Of a DNA stretch of 64,000 nt, positions 27,290 to 36,963 are shown one piece after another; within the stretch, counting starts at the first letter, position 1, and every line of letters begins with the position of its first letter. The position numbers and the translations under genes are program-made. Source of the stretch: Oscillospiraceae bacterium (GTDB lineage: Bacteria; Bacillota; Clostridia; Oscillospirales; Oscillospiraceae). Under the pieces are notes generated by a model, which made no database searches, was not told where the DNA came from, and saw nothing but the letters and a program-made list of their open reading frames with translations. The DNA is taken from contig JAETOQ010000006.1 of the NCBI GenBank assembly GCA_021771635.1, forward strand, positions 1,908 to 65,907, given 5' to 3'.

Positions 27290-28143
27290 TGAATGCCATC
27301 GAGTTATCCCATATCCGCAAATCCTTCGGCGGCTTCGCCATCCAGGACCTGTGCCTGACGGTGCCCAGCGGCACCATCTGCGGCCTGGTGGGCGAAAACG
27401 GCGCCGGTAAATCCACCACCATCCGCCTGCTGATGGGCGCCCTGCGGCCCGACGGCGGTACGGCCAAAGTGCTGGGCACGGACGTGTCCTCCCCGGAATT
27501 CCAGGATGTGAAGGAGGACGTGGGCGTGGTGCTGGACGAGGCCTATTTCCCAGAGGTCCTGAACGCCGTGCAGGTGGGGAATATCATGGCCAGCACCTAC
27601 CGCCGCTGGGACGACAGCCTGTACCAAAGCTATCTCCGCCGGTTCGACCTGCCGGAGAAAAAGCCCTTCCGGGACTATTCCCGGGGCATGCGGATGAAGC
27701 TGTCCATCGCCGTGGCCCTGAGCCACCAGCCAAGGCTCCTGGTGCTGGACGAGGCCACCGCCGGACTGGACCCCATCGTCCGGGACGAGGTGCTGGACAT
27801 CTTCAACGAATTCACCCGGGAGGAGGACCACTCCATCCTCATCTCCTCCCACATCCTCAGCGATCTGGAAAAACTGTGCGACTACATCGCCTTCCTCCAC
27901 CAGGGAGAGCTGTTGTTCTGCGATGAGAAAGACCGGCTCCTGGAGACCTACGGCATCCTCACCGACACCGCCGAGCAGGTGGACTGTCTGACGCCGGAGG
28001 CGGTGGTGGCCCGGGAGCCCAGCGGCTACGGCGGCGTCCGGGCGCTGGTGCGCCGGGACCTGGCCCCCAGCGGGTTCCAGCTGGAGCGGCCCACAGTGGA
28101 GGACATCATTCTCTTCATGGTGAAAGGAGCGAAGAACGCATGA
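27286..28143 (+). CDS. ABC transporter ATP-binding protein
   Basis: Walker A GENGAGKST, signature YSRGMRMKL and Walker B LLVLDEATAGLD. Confidence 0.9.
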   Translation: MMNAIELSHIRKSFGGFAIQDLCLTVPSGTICGLVGENGAGKSTTIRLLMGALRPDGGTAKVLGTDVSSPEFQDVKEDVGVVLDEAYFPEVLNAVQVGNIMASTYRRWDDSLYQSYLRRFDLPEKKPFRDYSRGMRMKLSIAVALSHQPRLLVLDEATAGLDPIVRDEVLDIFNEFTREEDHSILISSHILSDLEKLCDYIAFLHQGELLFCDEKDRLLETYGILTDTAEQVDCLTPEAVVAREPSGYGGVRALVRRDLAPSGFQLERPTVEDIILFMVKGAKNA

Positions 28144-28748
28144 AAGCCCTGCTGATGAAAGACTGCTTCGTTTTGTGGAAGCAGCTTCGGATCTTTATCT
28201 TTGTCATGCTGGTCATCTCCGTGTTCAACGGCGGGTTCGGCAATGTGTTCGTCGTCATCTGGGCGGCCATGCTGCCCTACACCGCCATGGCCTACGACGA
28301 GCGGAGCAAGTGGGACCAGCTGGCCGCCATGATGCCCTACTCCGTCCGGGACATCGTGCTGAGCAAATACGTGCTGGGCTGGCTGTGCACCGGCGCGGCG
28401 GCGCTGTTCACCCTGGTCTGCCAGCTGCTGCAGACGGTGCTGGGCTCTCCCTTTGCCGCCTTTGACCCCGCCGCCAATCTCATCGGCCTGTGCAGCAGTC
28501 TTTGCGTTCTGGCCATCACGTCGCCCATGATGTTCCGCTTCGGCGTGGAGCGGGGGCGGTTGACCATGTTCCTGATGATCTTTCTGGGGTGCGGCACCGC
28601 CGGGGCACTGGGGTCCGTCGTCGTGGACGGGGAGGGCCCTGCCCGCCTTCCGGCCCTTTTGACGCTGATCCTGCCCATCGCGGCGGTGGTTTTGACCGCC
28701 GTCTCCATCCCCCTGTCCATGGGGCTGTACCGGAAGCGGTCCTGCTGA
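28140..28748 (+). CDS. ABC-2 type membrane permease
   Basis: Six hydrophobic segments. Overlaps the ATPase stop by 4 nt. Confidence 0.7.
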   Translation: MKALLMKDCFVLWKQLRIFIFVMLVISVFNGGFGNVFVVIWAAMLPYTAMAYDERSKWDQLAAMMPYSVRDIVLSKYVLGWLCTGAAALFTLVCQLLQTVLGSPFAAFDPAANLIGLCSSLCVLAITSPMMFRFGVERGRLTMFLMIFLGCGTAGALGSVVVDGEGPARLPALLTLILPIAAVVLTAVSIPLSMGLYRKRSC

Positions 28749-28760
28749 GAGGCGGGCGCC

Positions 28761-28979
28761 ATGAAAAGAACCGGCATCTGCCCCAAGTGCGGCTCCCGGG
28801 ACCTCGTCCGGGTGCCGGACGACGCCCACCGCTATCTGGCCAACAGCATCTGCATCACAAAGCTGGTGACAGTGGAGCGTGTGCCCGTCGGGCGCTATGT
28901 CTGCTGTGACTGCGGGTATGTGGAAAACTGGGTGGAGACGCGGAGAGACCTGGATCGGATCAAGGGTGCCTTTGGCTGA
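28761..28979 (+). CDS. zinc-ribbon protein (72 aa)
   Basis: CPKC ... CCDC pairs; follows the permease. Confidence 0.55.
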   Translation: MKRTGICPKCGSRDLVRVPDDAHRYLANSICITKLVTVERVPVGRYVCCDCGYVENWVETRRDLDRIKGAFG

Positions 28980-29057
28980 ATGCGGGCGGGGCCTGGACCG
29001 CATCTCCGGCATTTCTCCTGGGCGCGCCGGGCCGCCGTGCCCACAGCCGCACAACCG

Positions 29058-29095
29058 AAAAAGGGCCCGGATGCTGTGCATCCGGGTCCTTTTTA
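29058..29095 (+). terminator. hairpin terminator after the ytrA-ABC operon (bidirectional shape)
   Basis: AAAAGGGCCCGGATG/CATCCGGGTCCTTTTT. Confidence 0.7.
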
Positions 29096-29410
29096 TCTGA
29101 AAATCTGTTTTGCCGGAATTCACTTCCGGCAAAACACCTCTGCCCGCCGCAGCGACACGTCCGCCGTGCGGACGTGAGGGGGGCTAAATTGTTGTGCCCA
29201 CCGTCGCGGCTTTGCGATTCCCGGCCCACGTCGATGCAAAGTCCGCTCAACTCCGTTTCCGCCTTTCGGCGAAAACTGCGTTCGCTTCCTTGCATCTCCT
29301 CTTCCCAATGCGCCCGCTCCGCTGGGCCGCATCGGGAACCCTGTATGGCCGCCGGGGGCAGCGCGGCGGTTTCGTATCCAGGGGGGATAAAATCCCCCCT
29401 GGAGGAACCC

Positions 29411-31027
29411 TTACCCCCACAGCGCCGACAGCATGGGAATGACCTGCTTCTTCCGGGACATGATCTTGGGCAGGAAGGAGGCGTTTTCCCCGTCATTTCT
29501 GATGTTGAACGCCTGGCGGATGGTGTCCTCATCCCCCACATACAGCAGCTGGGTGCCCTCCAGCAGCACGTCGGTGATCATCAGGACCACCGTGTCCAGG
29601 TGCTTTTCCTTCCGGACCGCCCGCATCCGCTCCAGAAACTCCGCCTTTCGGGCCATCAGGCGGTCGGAGTCCATGCAGGTGATCTGGCTCACCGCCAGAT
29701 CGTGTCCCGCGATGTGGAATTCCTTATAGTCCGTGTGGAGCATGGCGTCCACGCTCTTGTCATCGCCGCAGGTGGCGGAGAAAATAGCCTTGCCCAGCTC
29801 ATCCAGGGATTCGTTGGCAATGCGGGCCATCCGGTTCGCCACGTCGATGTCCCGCTGGGTGCAGGTGGGGGACTTGAACATGACTGTGTCGGACACGATG
29901 GCGGCGGCCATCAGGCCCGCCATCTTCGCCGTGGGCATCAATCCCTTTTCCTGATACATGCCCGCCACGATGGTGGTGCTGCTGCCCACCGGCTCGTTCC
30001 GGACATAGATGGGGTTCTTGGTCTCGATATCCGCCAGGCGGTGGTGGTCCACGATCTCCAGGATCTCCGCCTGCTCCAACCCCACCACGGACTGGGCCCT
30101 TTCATTGTGGTCCATCAGCACCACACGCTTCCGGCGGGGGCGCAGCAGGTGGAAGCGGGACAGGGTGCCCACCACCCGCTCCTCGTCGTCCAGGATGGGA
30201 TAGGCCCGGAAGCGGCTCTCCAGCACCGTGTTCTGCACATCGTCGATGTAGTCGTCCAGGTGGAAGCAGACCAGATCCCTGCTCTTGCAGATGTGGCCGA
30301 TGGGCAGGGCATGGCAGATCAGGCGCACCGACTGATAGGCGTCATAGGGGGTGGAGATGATGCAGGTGTCGGTGTCCATGTCCAGCAGCTCCTGATCCAC
30401 CTCCGCCTGGCAGACCACCACGCAGTTCACCCGCAGCTCCAGTGCCCGGCGGATCATCTCCGGCTGGTCGCCGCAGATGACGATGCTGTTCGGGTCGGAG
30501 AACATCAGGTTTTCCCGCCCGGTGGGCAGCGCCACCGTCACCTCGCCGGAGACGACGTCCTTCAGCTCGCCGCCCACGTTCAGCACCTTGCCCTCCAGCA
30601 CAGACAGCAGGTTATAGACCGGCACCTCCCCCACCCGGGGATTCCGGACGGAGCTCATATCGTAGTTCGCCACATCTCCCGCGGAGAGCATGCCGTACAG
30701 CGTCCCATCCTCGTTCGCCACAGGGAGGACGGAGATGCGGTGCTGCTGCATGGTCTGCCAGCCCCGGCTGATGGTGGCGGCGGCGGACAGTGTGGGAGGG
30801 GTATCGTAATTCAGATCCCGCACCTGGGTCCGAACGTTGGTAATCAGCTGAGGCGCCTGGAATCCGAAGCGGTCCAGCACGATCTGCGTCTCATCGCTGA
30901 CCTGGCCCAGGCGGGCCGCCTGATATTCCCGCTGGCCCAGCGCGTTTTTCAGGGCGGCGTAGGCCATGGAGGACACGATGGAATCCGTGTCCGGATTGCG
31001 GTGCCCGGTGATATAGATGGTATCCAT
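29411..31027 (-). CDS. CBS-domain family II (DHH/DHHA2) inorganic pyrophosphatase
   Basis: N-terminal GHRNPDTDSI DHH motif, internal CBS pair region and IVDHHRL; 538 aa. Confidence 0.8.
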   Translation of the reverse strand: MDTIYITGHRNPDTDSIVSSMAYAALKNALGQREYQAARLGQVSDETQIVLDRFGFQAPQLITNVRTQVRDLNYDTPPTLSAAATISRGWQTMQQHRISVLPVANEDGTLYGMLSAGDVANYDMSSVRNPRVGEVPVYNLLSVLEGKVLNVGGELKDVVSGEVTVALPTGRENLMFSDPNSIVICGDQPEMIRRALELRVNCVVVCQAEVDQELLDMDTDTCIISTPYDAYQSVRLICHALPIGHICKSRDLVCFHLDDYIDDVQNTVLESRFRAYPILDDEERVVGTLSRFHLLRPRRKRVVLMDHNERAQSVVGLEQAEILEIVDHHRLADIETKNPIYVRNEPVGSSTTIVAGMYQEKGLMPTAKMAGLMAAAIVSDTVMFKSPTCTQRDIDVANRMARIANESLDELGKAIFSATCGDDKSVDAMLHTDYKEFHIAGHDLAVSQITCMDSDRLMARKAEFLERMRAVRKEKHLDTVVLMITDVLLEGTQLLYVGDEDTIRQAFNIRNDGENASFLPKIMSRKKQVIPMLSALWG

Positions 31028-31222
31028 AGACAGTTCTCCTTTGGATCGTACTCTGATATCCTGATTATGCTGGTTTCAAGGGGCTTTGTCAACGGCCCGT
31101 CCGCTAAAAAAACACGCGGAAACGATTGCCTCCGCGTGCTTTCTCTTATTTTTACAAACTCCGCCCGGTTTTCCCGTGGTGCGGGCGGGACTGTCCGCCC
31201 CGGCCGTCCCCTCCTGTCTTCC

Positions 31223-32296
31223 TCACAGGACGATCAGGTCCTTGGGGGCCTTTGTGATATTCTTGCACCCGTCCTCTGTCAGCAAAATGACATCCTCGAT
31301 GCGGACGCCCAGCTTTCCCGGCAGGTAGATGCCCGGTTCCGCCGAGATCACCGCGCCGACGGGCAGGGGGCTGTCGTTCATGGGAGAGGCGTTGGGGCTT
31401 TCATGGATCTCCACACCCACGCCGTGGCCGAAGCTGTGGCCAAAATAATCGCCGTATCCGGCGGCTTCAATGACGGCCCGGGCGGCGCCGTCCACCTCCC
31501 GGCCCGTGAGGCCGGCCTTGGCCGCGGCGATCCCCGCCAGCTGTGCGGAGAACACCGTCTGATAGACACGCTGCATCTCCTCTGTGGCATAGCCCACGGC
31601 TACGGTCCGGGTCATGTCGGAGCAATAGCCATGGCAGATGCACCCAAAGTCCATGGTCACAAATTCGCCCTGACGGATCTCCTTTTCAGAGGGAACTCCG
31701 TGGGGCAGGCTGCCGTTGGGCCCGGAGACCACGATGGGATCAAAGGACATGTCCGATGCGCCGTAATGGAGCATCAGGTACTGGAGCCGGGCCGCGATCT
31801 CCTTCTCCGTCACACCGGGGCGGATCTCCTCCAAAATATCCGCCAAAGCCCGCTCCGCGATGCGCTGGGCGGCCACCATGGCCTCCAGTTCCTCTTCGTC
31901 CTTGACCATCCGCAGCTGCCGCAGAAGCTCTGCGGCGGGGACCAGCTCGCAGGACAGGGCCTTCCGATACCGCTCCCAGTCCTGCACGGTCATGTAAGCA
32001 TCCTCGAATCCCATGCGGCGGATCTGGTGCTCCGCGATCACCTCCCCGATCAGGGCCGCATAGCCGCGGCCCCGGCCGATCTCCCGCAGCTCCGCCCCCT
32101 GGACGCAGCGGGCCGCGGCCTCAGTATACCGGGAGTCGGTGAAGTAATACGCCTTTCTGCGTGTCACCAGTGCCACGCCGTCCGTCCCGGCGGAGTGGAA
32201 GCCGGAGGCGTAAAAGCGGTTGGCCTCTCCGGTCAGCAGCATGGCGTCCAGGTCATGGGCCTCCAGCCGGGCGGCGATTTTCTGAAAATGATTCAT
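31223..32296 (-). CDS. M24 family Xaa-Pro aminopeptidase/dipeptidase
   Basis: Creatinase-like N-domain plus the metal ligand motif GHSFGHGVGVEIHE. Confidence 0.85.
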   Translation of the reverse strand: MNHFQKIAARLEAHDLDAMLLTGEANRFYASGFHSAGTDGVALVTRRKAYYFTDSRYTEAAARCVQGAELREIGRGRGYAALIGEVIAEHQIRRMGFEDAYMTVQDWERYRKALSCELVPAAELLRQLRMVKDEEELEAMVAAQRIAERALADILEEIRPGVTEKEIAARLQYLMLHYGASDMSFDPIVVSGPNGSLPHGVPSEKEIRQGEFVTMDFGCICHGYCSDMTRTVAVGYATEEMQRVYQTVFSAQLAGIAAAKAGLTGREVDGAARAVIEAAGYGDYFGHSFGHGVGVEIHESPNASPMNDSPLPVGAVISAEPGIYLPGKLGVRIEDVILLTEDGCKNITKAPKDLIVL

Positions 32297-32308
32297 AAAC
32301 GGTCCTTT

Positions 32309-32445
32309 CTATGAACATGCAGATCGCTCTGCTTTCTCCACGGCGGCTCTCACAAATCCGTAAAACAGCGGGTGGGGCCGGTCCGGCCGGGCGTCCTCCG
32401 GATGCCCGAATGATGCCGCACCGCCTCGCCGCTGATGCGGCAACC
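32309..32445 (-). pseudogene. orphan duplicate of the pyrG 3' end
   Basis: 32333-32390 is identical to 32496-32553 inside pyrG. The fragment reads ..[37 protein letters not shown] against pyrG ..[34 protein letters not shown]. Confidence 0.8.
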
Positions 32446-32480
32446 GCCGGTGATGGCATAAGAGCCGCCCCTCTGCCCGC

Positions 32481-34088
32481 TTATTCTGCCTCCATTTTCT
32501 CCACGGCGGCTCTCACAAATCCGTAAAACAGCGGGTGGGGCCGGTCCGGCCGGCTCTTGAACTCCGGATGGAACTGGGCGCCCACGAACCAGGGGTGGTC
32601 CGGCAGCTCCACGATCTCCACCAGACGGCCGTCGGGGGACAAACCCGCCAGAACCATGCCCTTTTCCTCCATCTCCGCCCGGAAATCGTTGCTGAACTCA
32701 TAGCGGTGGCGGTGGCGTTCGGAGATCTCCCTGGAGCCGTACAGTCCGGCGCTGCGGCTGCCCTCCGTCAGGACGCAGGGGTACTTTCCAAGCCGCATGG
32801 TGCCGCCCTTTTCCGTCACGTTTACCTGGTCCGGCATCAGATCGATGACCGGGTGCCGGGTAGACTCGGAAAATTCGGAGGAATTGGCGTCCTCATACCC
32901 CAGGACATGGCGGGCAAACTCAATGACCGCCATCTGCATCCCCAGGCAGATGCCGAAATAGGGGATGCGGTTCTCCCGGGCATAGCGAACGGCGCAGAGC
33001 ATGCCCTCGATGCCCCGGTCGCCGAAGCCGCCGGGCACCAGAACGCCGGCGCAGCCCGCCAGCCGCTCCGCCGCGTTGCCGTCGGTCAGGCCCTCGGAGT
33101 CGATCCAATCGATGTCCACGATGGCGTCGTTGGCGGTGCCGGCGTGGTTCAGAGACTCCACCACGGAGAGGTAGGCGTCATGGAGCTGGGTGTATTTGCC
33201 GACCAAAGCGATGCGGACCTTTTTGTGGGCGTTTTTCTCCCGCCTGACCATGGCGCTCCACTCCCGCAGGTCCGGCTGGTGGGTGATCAGCCCCAGCTTG
33301 CGGCAGACCGCCTCATCCAGTCCCTCCCTGGCCATCAGCAGGGGGACCTCATACAGCGTCTCCGCCGTGGTGTTCTGGATCACACAGTCCGGCTCCACAT
33401 TGCAGAAGAGGGCGATCTTCCGGCGGATATCCTCGGTGATGGGCTCGTCGCAGCGGCAGACCAGCACATCCGGCTGGATACCCAGGGACAGAAGTTCCTT
33501 CACAGAGTGCTGGGTGGGCTTGGACTTCAGCTCACCGGAGCCAGGGATCTGCACGATCAGGGGCACATGGATGAACACCACGTCCCCGTGGGGCCGCTCC
33601 GCGGCCACCTGGCGGATGGCCTCCAGGAAGGGCTGGGACTCGATGTCGCCCACAGTGCCGCCGATCTCGGAGATCACCACGTCCACATCCTCACCGGCCA
33701 TGGCGTAGATGCGGCTCTTGATCTCGTTGGTGATGTGGGGGATGATCTGGACCGTGGCGCCCAGATAGTCGCCCCGGCGCTCCCGATTCAGCACGGACCA
33801 CCAGATCTTGCCGGAGGAGATGGAGCTGTTGCCCGACAGGTCCTCGTCCACGAACCGCTCGTAATGGCCCAGGTCCAGGTCTGTCTCCGCGCCGTCGTCG
33901 GTGACGAAGACCTCTCCGTGCTGATAGGGGCTCATGGTGCCGGGGTCCACATTGATATAGGGATCGAATTTCTGGTTGCGCACCCGGACGCCCCGCTGTT
34001 TCAAAAGCCGTCCCAGAGACGCCGCGCAGATCCCCTTTCCCAACCCGGAGACCACGCCGCCGGTCACAAATACGAATTTTGTTGACAT
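32481..34088 (-). CDS. pyrG: CTP synthase
   Basis: [20 protein letters not shown]-terminus and the glutamine amidotransferase GICLGMQ; 535 aa. Confidence 0.95.
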   Translation of the reverse strand: MSTKFVFVTGGVVSGLGKGICAASLGRLLKQRGVRVRNQKFDPYINVDPGTMSPYQHGEVFVTDDGAETDLDLGHYERFVDEDLSGNSSISSGKIWWSVLNRERRGDYLGATVQIIPHITNEIKSRIYAMAGEDVDVVISEIGGTVGDIESQPFLEAIRQVAAERPHGDVVFIHVPLIVQIPGSGELKSKPTQHSVKELLSLGIQPDVLVCRCDEPITEDIRRKIALFCNVEPDCVIQNTTAETLYEVPLLMAREGLDEAVCRKLGLITHQPDLREWSAMVRREKNAHKKVRIALVGKYTQLHDAYLSVVESLNHAGTANDAIVDIDWIDSEGLTDGNAAERLAGCAGVLVPGGFGDRGIEGMLCAVRYARENRIPYFGICLGMQMAVIEFARHVLGYEDANSSEFSESTRHPVIDLMPDQVNVTEKGGTMRLGKYPCVLTEGSRSAGLYGSREISERHRHRYEFSNDFRAEMEEKGMVLAGLSPDGRLVEIVELPDHPWFVGAQFHPEFKSRPDRPHPLFYGFVRAAVEKMEAE

Positions 34089-34172
34089 ACTGACCTCACC
34101 TTACCTTTACACACAACAGTTTTCACCTGAAAAGGGTTTTGTACGCATAAAATGGACAAAACAGCGCCTTAT

Positions 34173-34358
34173 GAAAAACAAAAAAGCACCGCCGGACCAT
34201 TTTGCGGTGAAAAGTCCCAGCCTCTTTCGGGACTCTTCGCTGCGATCCGCGGTGTCGCTCGTCTGTTCGATTATCGCTCTGCGGCTCACGCCGCAAACCG
34301 CCGCCAAAGCGTTTCCAAAATACTTTTCCAATATATCACCCTCCATTTTCCTTGTCAA
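34173..34358 (-). promoter_or_regulatory. pyrG promoter plus leader with intrinsic terminator (candidate attenuator)
   Basis: On the minus strand: TTGACA (34353-34358), 17-nt spacer, TATATT (34330-34335). A leader hairpin CACCGC/GCGGTG followed by a T-run lies at 34173-34209, upstream of the pyrG ATG. Confidence 0.5.
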
Positions 34359-34504
34359 CGGGTCACTTTCGCCTGAAGCAGAAGAAATTCCCGCATTTCG
34401 CCCAAGTCCTGAACAGACCGCGAGGCAGTCGGTTTTGGGCATTTTCCCCGGCGGATTGTGGCGGATGCCAGACTCCTTTGGATTTATTTTGTAAAAAATG
34501 ACGA

Positions 34505-34533
34505 TTGACTTTATCCCTTTAAAGCTATATATT
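34505..34533 (+). promoter_or_regulatory. sigma-A type promoter of ABC importer operon 1
   Basis: TTGACT (34505-34510), 17-nt spacer, TATATT (34528-34533). Confidence 0.6.
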
Positions 34534-34580
34534 GTAAAAGCGAATCACAGACATCCAGATGGAGGAAAGGAGTTCCCGCC

Positions 34581-34688
34581 ATGCGTCACATGACTGCGTT
34601 GTCCCTGCGGCCCGCGACGGGCTCCTATTACTTTATGAAGGCCCGCCTTGCGGGCCGCTTTGCGTGCGTCAAAAGGCAGTCCGTCTGA
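34581..34688 (+). CDS. putative 35-codon leader peptide containing Tyr-Tyr-Phe
   Basis: AAAGGAG RBS 8 nt upstream of the ATG. Reads MRHMTALSLRPATGSYYFMKARLAGRFACVKRQSV*. The ORF runs through alternative hairpins ahead of a terminator. Not in the ORF track because it is under 60 aa. Confidence 0.35.
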   Translation: MRHMTALSLRPATGSYYFMKARLAGRFACVKRQSV

Positions 34689-34710
34689 AACACGACCGTT
34701 GTATGAAGAG

Positions 34711-34742
34711 CGGCCCTGTTCTCACGGACAGGGCTGTTTTTT
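34711..34742 (+). terminator. leader terminator upstream of SBP gene 1
   Basis: Stem CGGCCCTGT/ACAGGGCTG (one G-U) followed by TTTTTT. Its 5' arm overlaps AGCGGCCC, which can pair with GGGCCGCT at 34652-34659. Confidence 0.75.
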
Positions 34743-34782
34743 ATAGTGTCCTTGCAAATCATTACATAAGGAGATCTGAAAG

Positions 34783-35796
34783 ATGAAAAAGAAGCTGCTT
34801 GCATTGATCCTAGCGGGCGCCATGACTCTGAGCCTGGCCGCCTGCGGCGGCGCGAAGGATGAGCCCGCTCCCGCCGATACCACCGGCCCTGCCGAGACGC
34901 AGGAACCCGCTGGCGAGACCTATAAGGTCGGCATCTGCCAGCTGGTCCAGCATGACGCGCTGGACGCCGCCACCCAGGGCTTCATCGACGCGCTGAATGA
35001 GAAGCTGCCCGGCCAGGTGGAGATCGACAACCAGAACGCCTCCAACGACATCCCCATGTGCTCCACCATCGTCAACCAGTTCATTGCCGCTGATGTGGAC
35101 CTGATCATGTGCAATGCCACGCCCGCCCTGCAGGCTGCCGTGGCCGCCACCACCACCATCCCCATCCTGGGCACCTCCGTCACCGAGTACGGCGTGGCCC
35201 TGGGCATCAGCGACTTCTCCGGCACCGTGGGCGGCAACGTCTCCGGCACCTCCGACCTGGCTCCTCTGGACCAGCAGGCCGCTATGATCCAGGAGCTGTT
35301 CCCCGACGCCAAGAGCGTGGGCCTGATCTACTGTTCCGCCGAGGCGAACAGCCAGTATCAGGTGGACGCGGTCAAGGCCGAGCTGGAGAAGCTGGGCTAC
35401 ACCGCCACCCTGTACTCCTTCTCTGACTCCAACGACCTGGCCGCCGTCACCGAGAGCGCCGCTGCCGCTTCCGATGTGATCTATGTTCCCACCGACAACA
35501 CCGTTGCCGCCAACACCGGCATCATCGACAACATCTGCCGCCCCGCCGGTATCCCCGTGGTCGCCGGTGAGGAGGGCATCGTCAAGGGCTGCGGCTTGGC
35601 CGCCCTGTCCATCAGCTACTATGACATCGGCTACAAGACCGGCGAGATGGCCGCTCAGATCCTGACCGGCGAGGCTGATATCTCCACCATGCCCATCGAG
35701 TATGCACCTCAGTTCGTCAAGAAGTACAACGCTGAAATCTGCGAATCCCTGAACCTGACCATGCCCAGCGACTATGTCGCCGTGGAGACCGAATAA
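34783..35796 (+). CDS. ABC transporter substrate-binding lipoprotein (ABC_sub_bind / TrpX-like family)
   Basis: Lipobox LSLAAC. YKVGICQLVQHDALDAATQGF is typical of the PF04392-type SBPs. Confidence 0.8.
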   Translation: MKKKLLALILAGAMTLSLAACGGAKDEPAPADTTGPAETQEPAGETYKVGICQLVQHDALDAATQGFIDALNEKLPGQVEIDNQNASNDIPMCSTIVNQFIAADVDLIMCNATPALQAAVAATTTIPILGTSVTEYGVALGISDFSGTVGGNVSGTSDLAPLDQQAAMIQELFPDAKSVGLIYCSAEANSQYQVDAVKAELEKLGYTATLYSFSDSNDLAAVTESAAAASDVIYVPTDNTVAANTGIIDNICRPAGIPVVAGEEGIVKGCGLAALSISYYDIGYKTGEMAAQILTGEADISTMPIEYAPQFVKKYNAEICESLNLTMPSDYVAVETE

Positions 35797-35818
35797 GTTT
35801 TTTGAGGGAATTTTTTAG

Positions 35819-35860
35819 AAAACAGCGGGAAAGGGCTTTTCTTTCCCGCTGTTTTTTGAT
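35819..35860 (+). terminator. intra-operon terminator after SBP gene 1
   Basis: AACAGCGGGAAAG/CTTTCCCGCTGTT followed by TTTT. Confidence 0.8.
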
Positions 35861-36039
35861 AAGATGCTGATATCTTTGACCAAACGGCTTGGAAAAGAAC
35901 AAAGATCCTTTTCAGGTGCTTCAATGTGATGCGCTGCGGCGCCGATCTGGAGCGCATGGTCAAATGCCGCGTGTTTCACACGCAGGCGGGCTGTTTTCCG
36001 GTCATTTGACGACATCAACACTTTTGGGGGAAGATCATT

Positions 36040-36963
36040 ATGAATCCAATCGCGCTTCTCAACTCGCTTCCCGGCGCGGTCTCACAGGGACTGATCTGGG
36101 GCATCATGGCCATCGGTGTCTACCTCACCTATAAGATCCTGGACGTGGCCGATCTGACAGTGGACGGCACCATGTGCACGGGCGGCGCCGTGTTTATTAT
36201 GCTGACCATGGCCGGCTGGTCCATCCCCGCGGCGCTTCTGGCAGCCTTTGCCGCCGGTATGCTGGCAGGTCTCGCCACCGGCCTGCTGCACACCGCCTGC
36301 GGCATCCCCGCCATCCTGTCCGGTATTCTGACGCAGCTGGCCCTGTATTCCGTGAACCTGCGGATCATGGGCAAGTCCAACCAGCCCATCAACGCCAACA
36401 ACTATCACCTGCTGGTGTCCTCCCGGAATGTGAAGGTCCTGACCGTGGAGAACCCCATCCTGGTGGTGGGCGTTTTCTGTGTGGCGCTGATCGCCGTGCT
36501 GTACTGGTTCTTCGGCACGGAGCTGGGCTGCTCCCTCCGCTCCACCGGCTCCAACTCCGCCATGAGCCGGGCACAGGGCATCAACACCAACTTCACCACC
36601 GTGCTGGGCCTGATGCTCTCCAATGGCCTGGTGGCCCTGTCCTCCGCCCTGCTGAGCCAGTATCAGGGCTTTGCCGACATCAGCATGGGCCGCGGCGCCA
36701 TCGTCATCGGTCTGGCGGCGGTCATCATCGGCGACGTGGTCTTTGGCAAGATCTTTATCAACTTCGCCCTGCGGCTCCTCAGCGTGGTGTTCGGCTCCAT
36801 CATTTACTACGCCGTGTACTCCCTGGTCATCTGGCTGGGCATGAGCGGCGACGACATGAAGCTGATCACCTCCGTGATCGTGGCGCTGTTCCTGTCCATC
36901 CCCTACTGGAAGGGCAAGTATTTCAGCAAGCCCATCAAGAAAGGAGATGCGGCAAATGTTTGA
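36040..36963 (+). CDS. ABC transporter permease (TrpY-like, BPD_transp_2 type)
   Basis: 307-aa polytopic protein; paralogue of 40726-41664. Confidence 0.8.
   Translation: MNPIALLNSLPGAVSQGLIWGIMAIGVYLTYKILDVADLTVDGTMCTGGAVFIMLTMAGWSIPAALLAAFAAGMLAGLATGLLHTACGIPAILSGILTQLALYSVNLRIMGKSNQPINANNYHLLVSSRNVKVLTVENPILVVGVFCVALIAVLYWFFGTELGCSLRSTGSNSAMSRAQGINTNFTTVLGLMLSNGLVALSSALLSQYQGFADISMGRGAIVIGLAAVIIGDVVFGKIFINFALRLLSVVFGSIIYYAVYSLVIWLGMSGDDMKLITSVIVALFLSIPYWKGKYFSKPIKKGDAANV

Noticed and set aside
29150-29410. Family E as a full repeat family
   Set aside because: Only about 45-65 bp (29163-29227 versus 51996-52041) is convincingly shared, and the remainder aligns poorly. It is mentioned only as a short shared block.
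29174-32314. 1046-aa ORF on the plus strand, and many other very long ORFs such as 1736-3244(-), 2805-4466(-), 18978-20774(-), 46776-48596(+), 9149-10309(+), 59921-61375(-)
   Set aside because: They lie antisense to genes with unmistakable motifs (pyrophosphatase, M24 peptidase, aroB/aroA, htpG, ftsH, cstA, rnj). Their translations are Gly/Arg/Ala/His/Pro-rich and low in complexity. These are typical shadow ORFs of GC-rich DNA.
34559-34786. 75-aa ORF upstream of SBP gene 1
   Set aside because: It reads through the leader hairpins and the terminator into the SBP RBS, and it has no RBS of its own. The alternative 35-codon frame with an RBS is reported instead, at low confidence.
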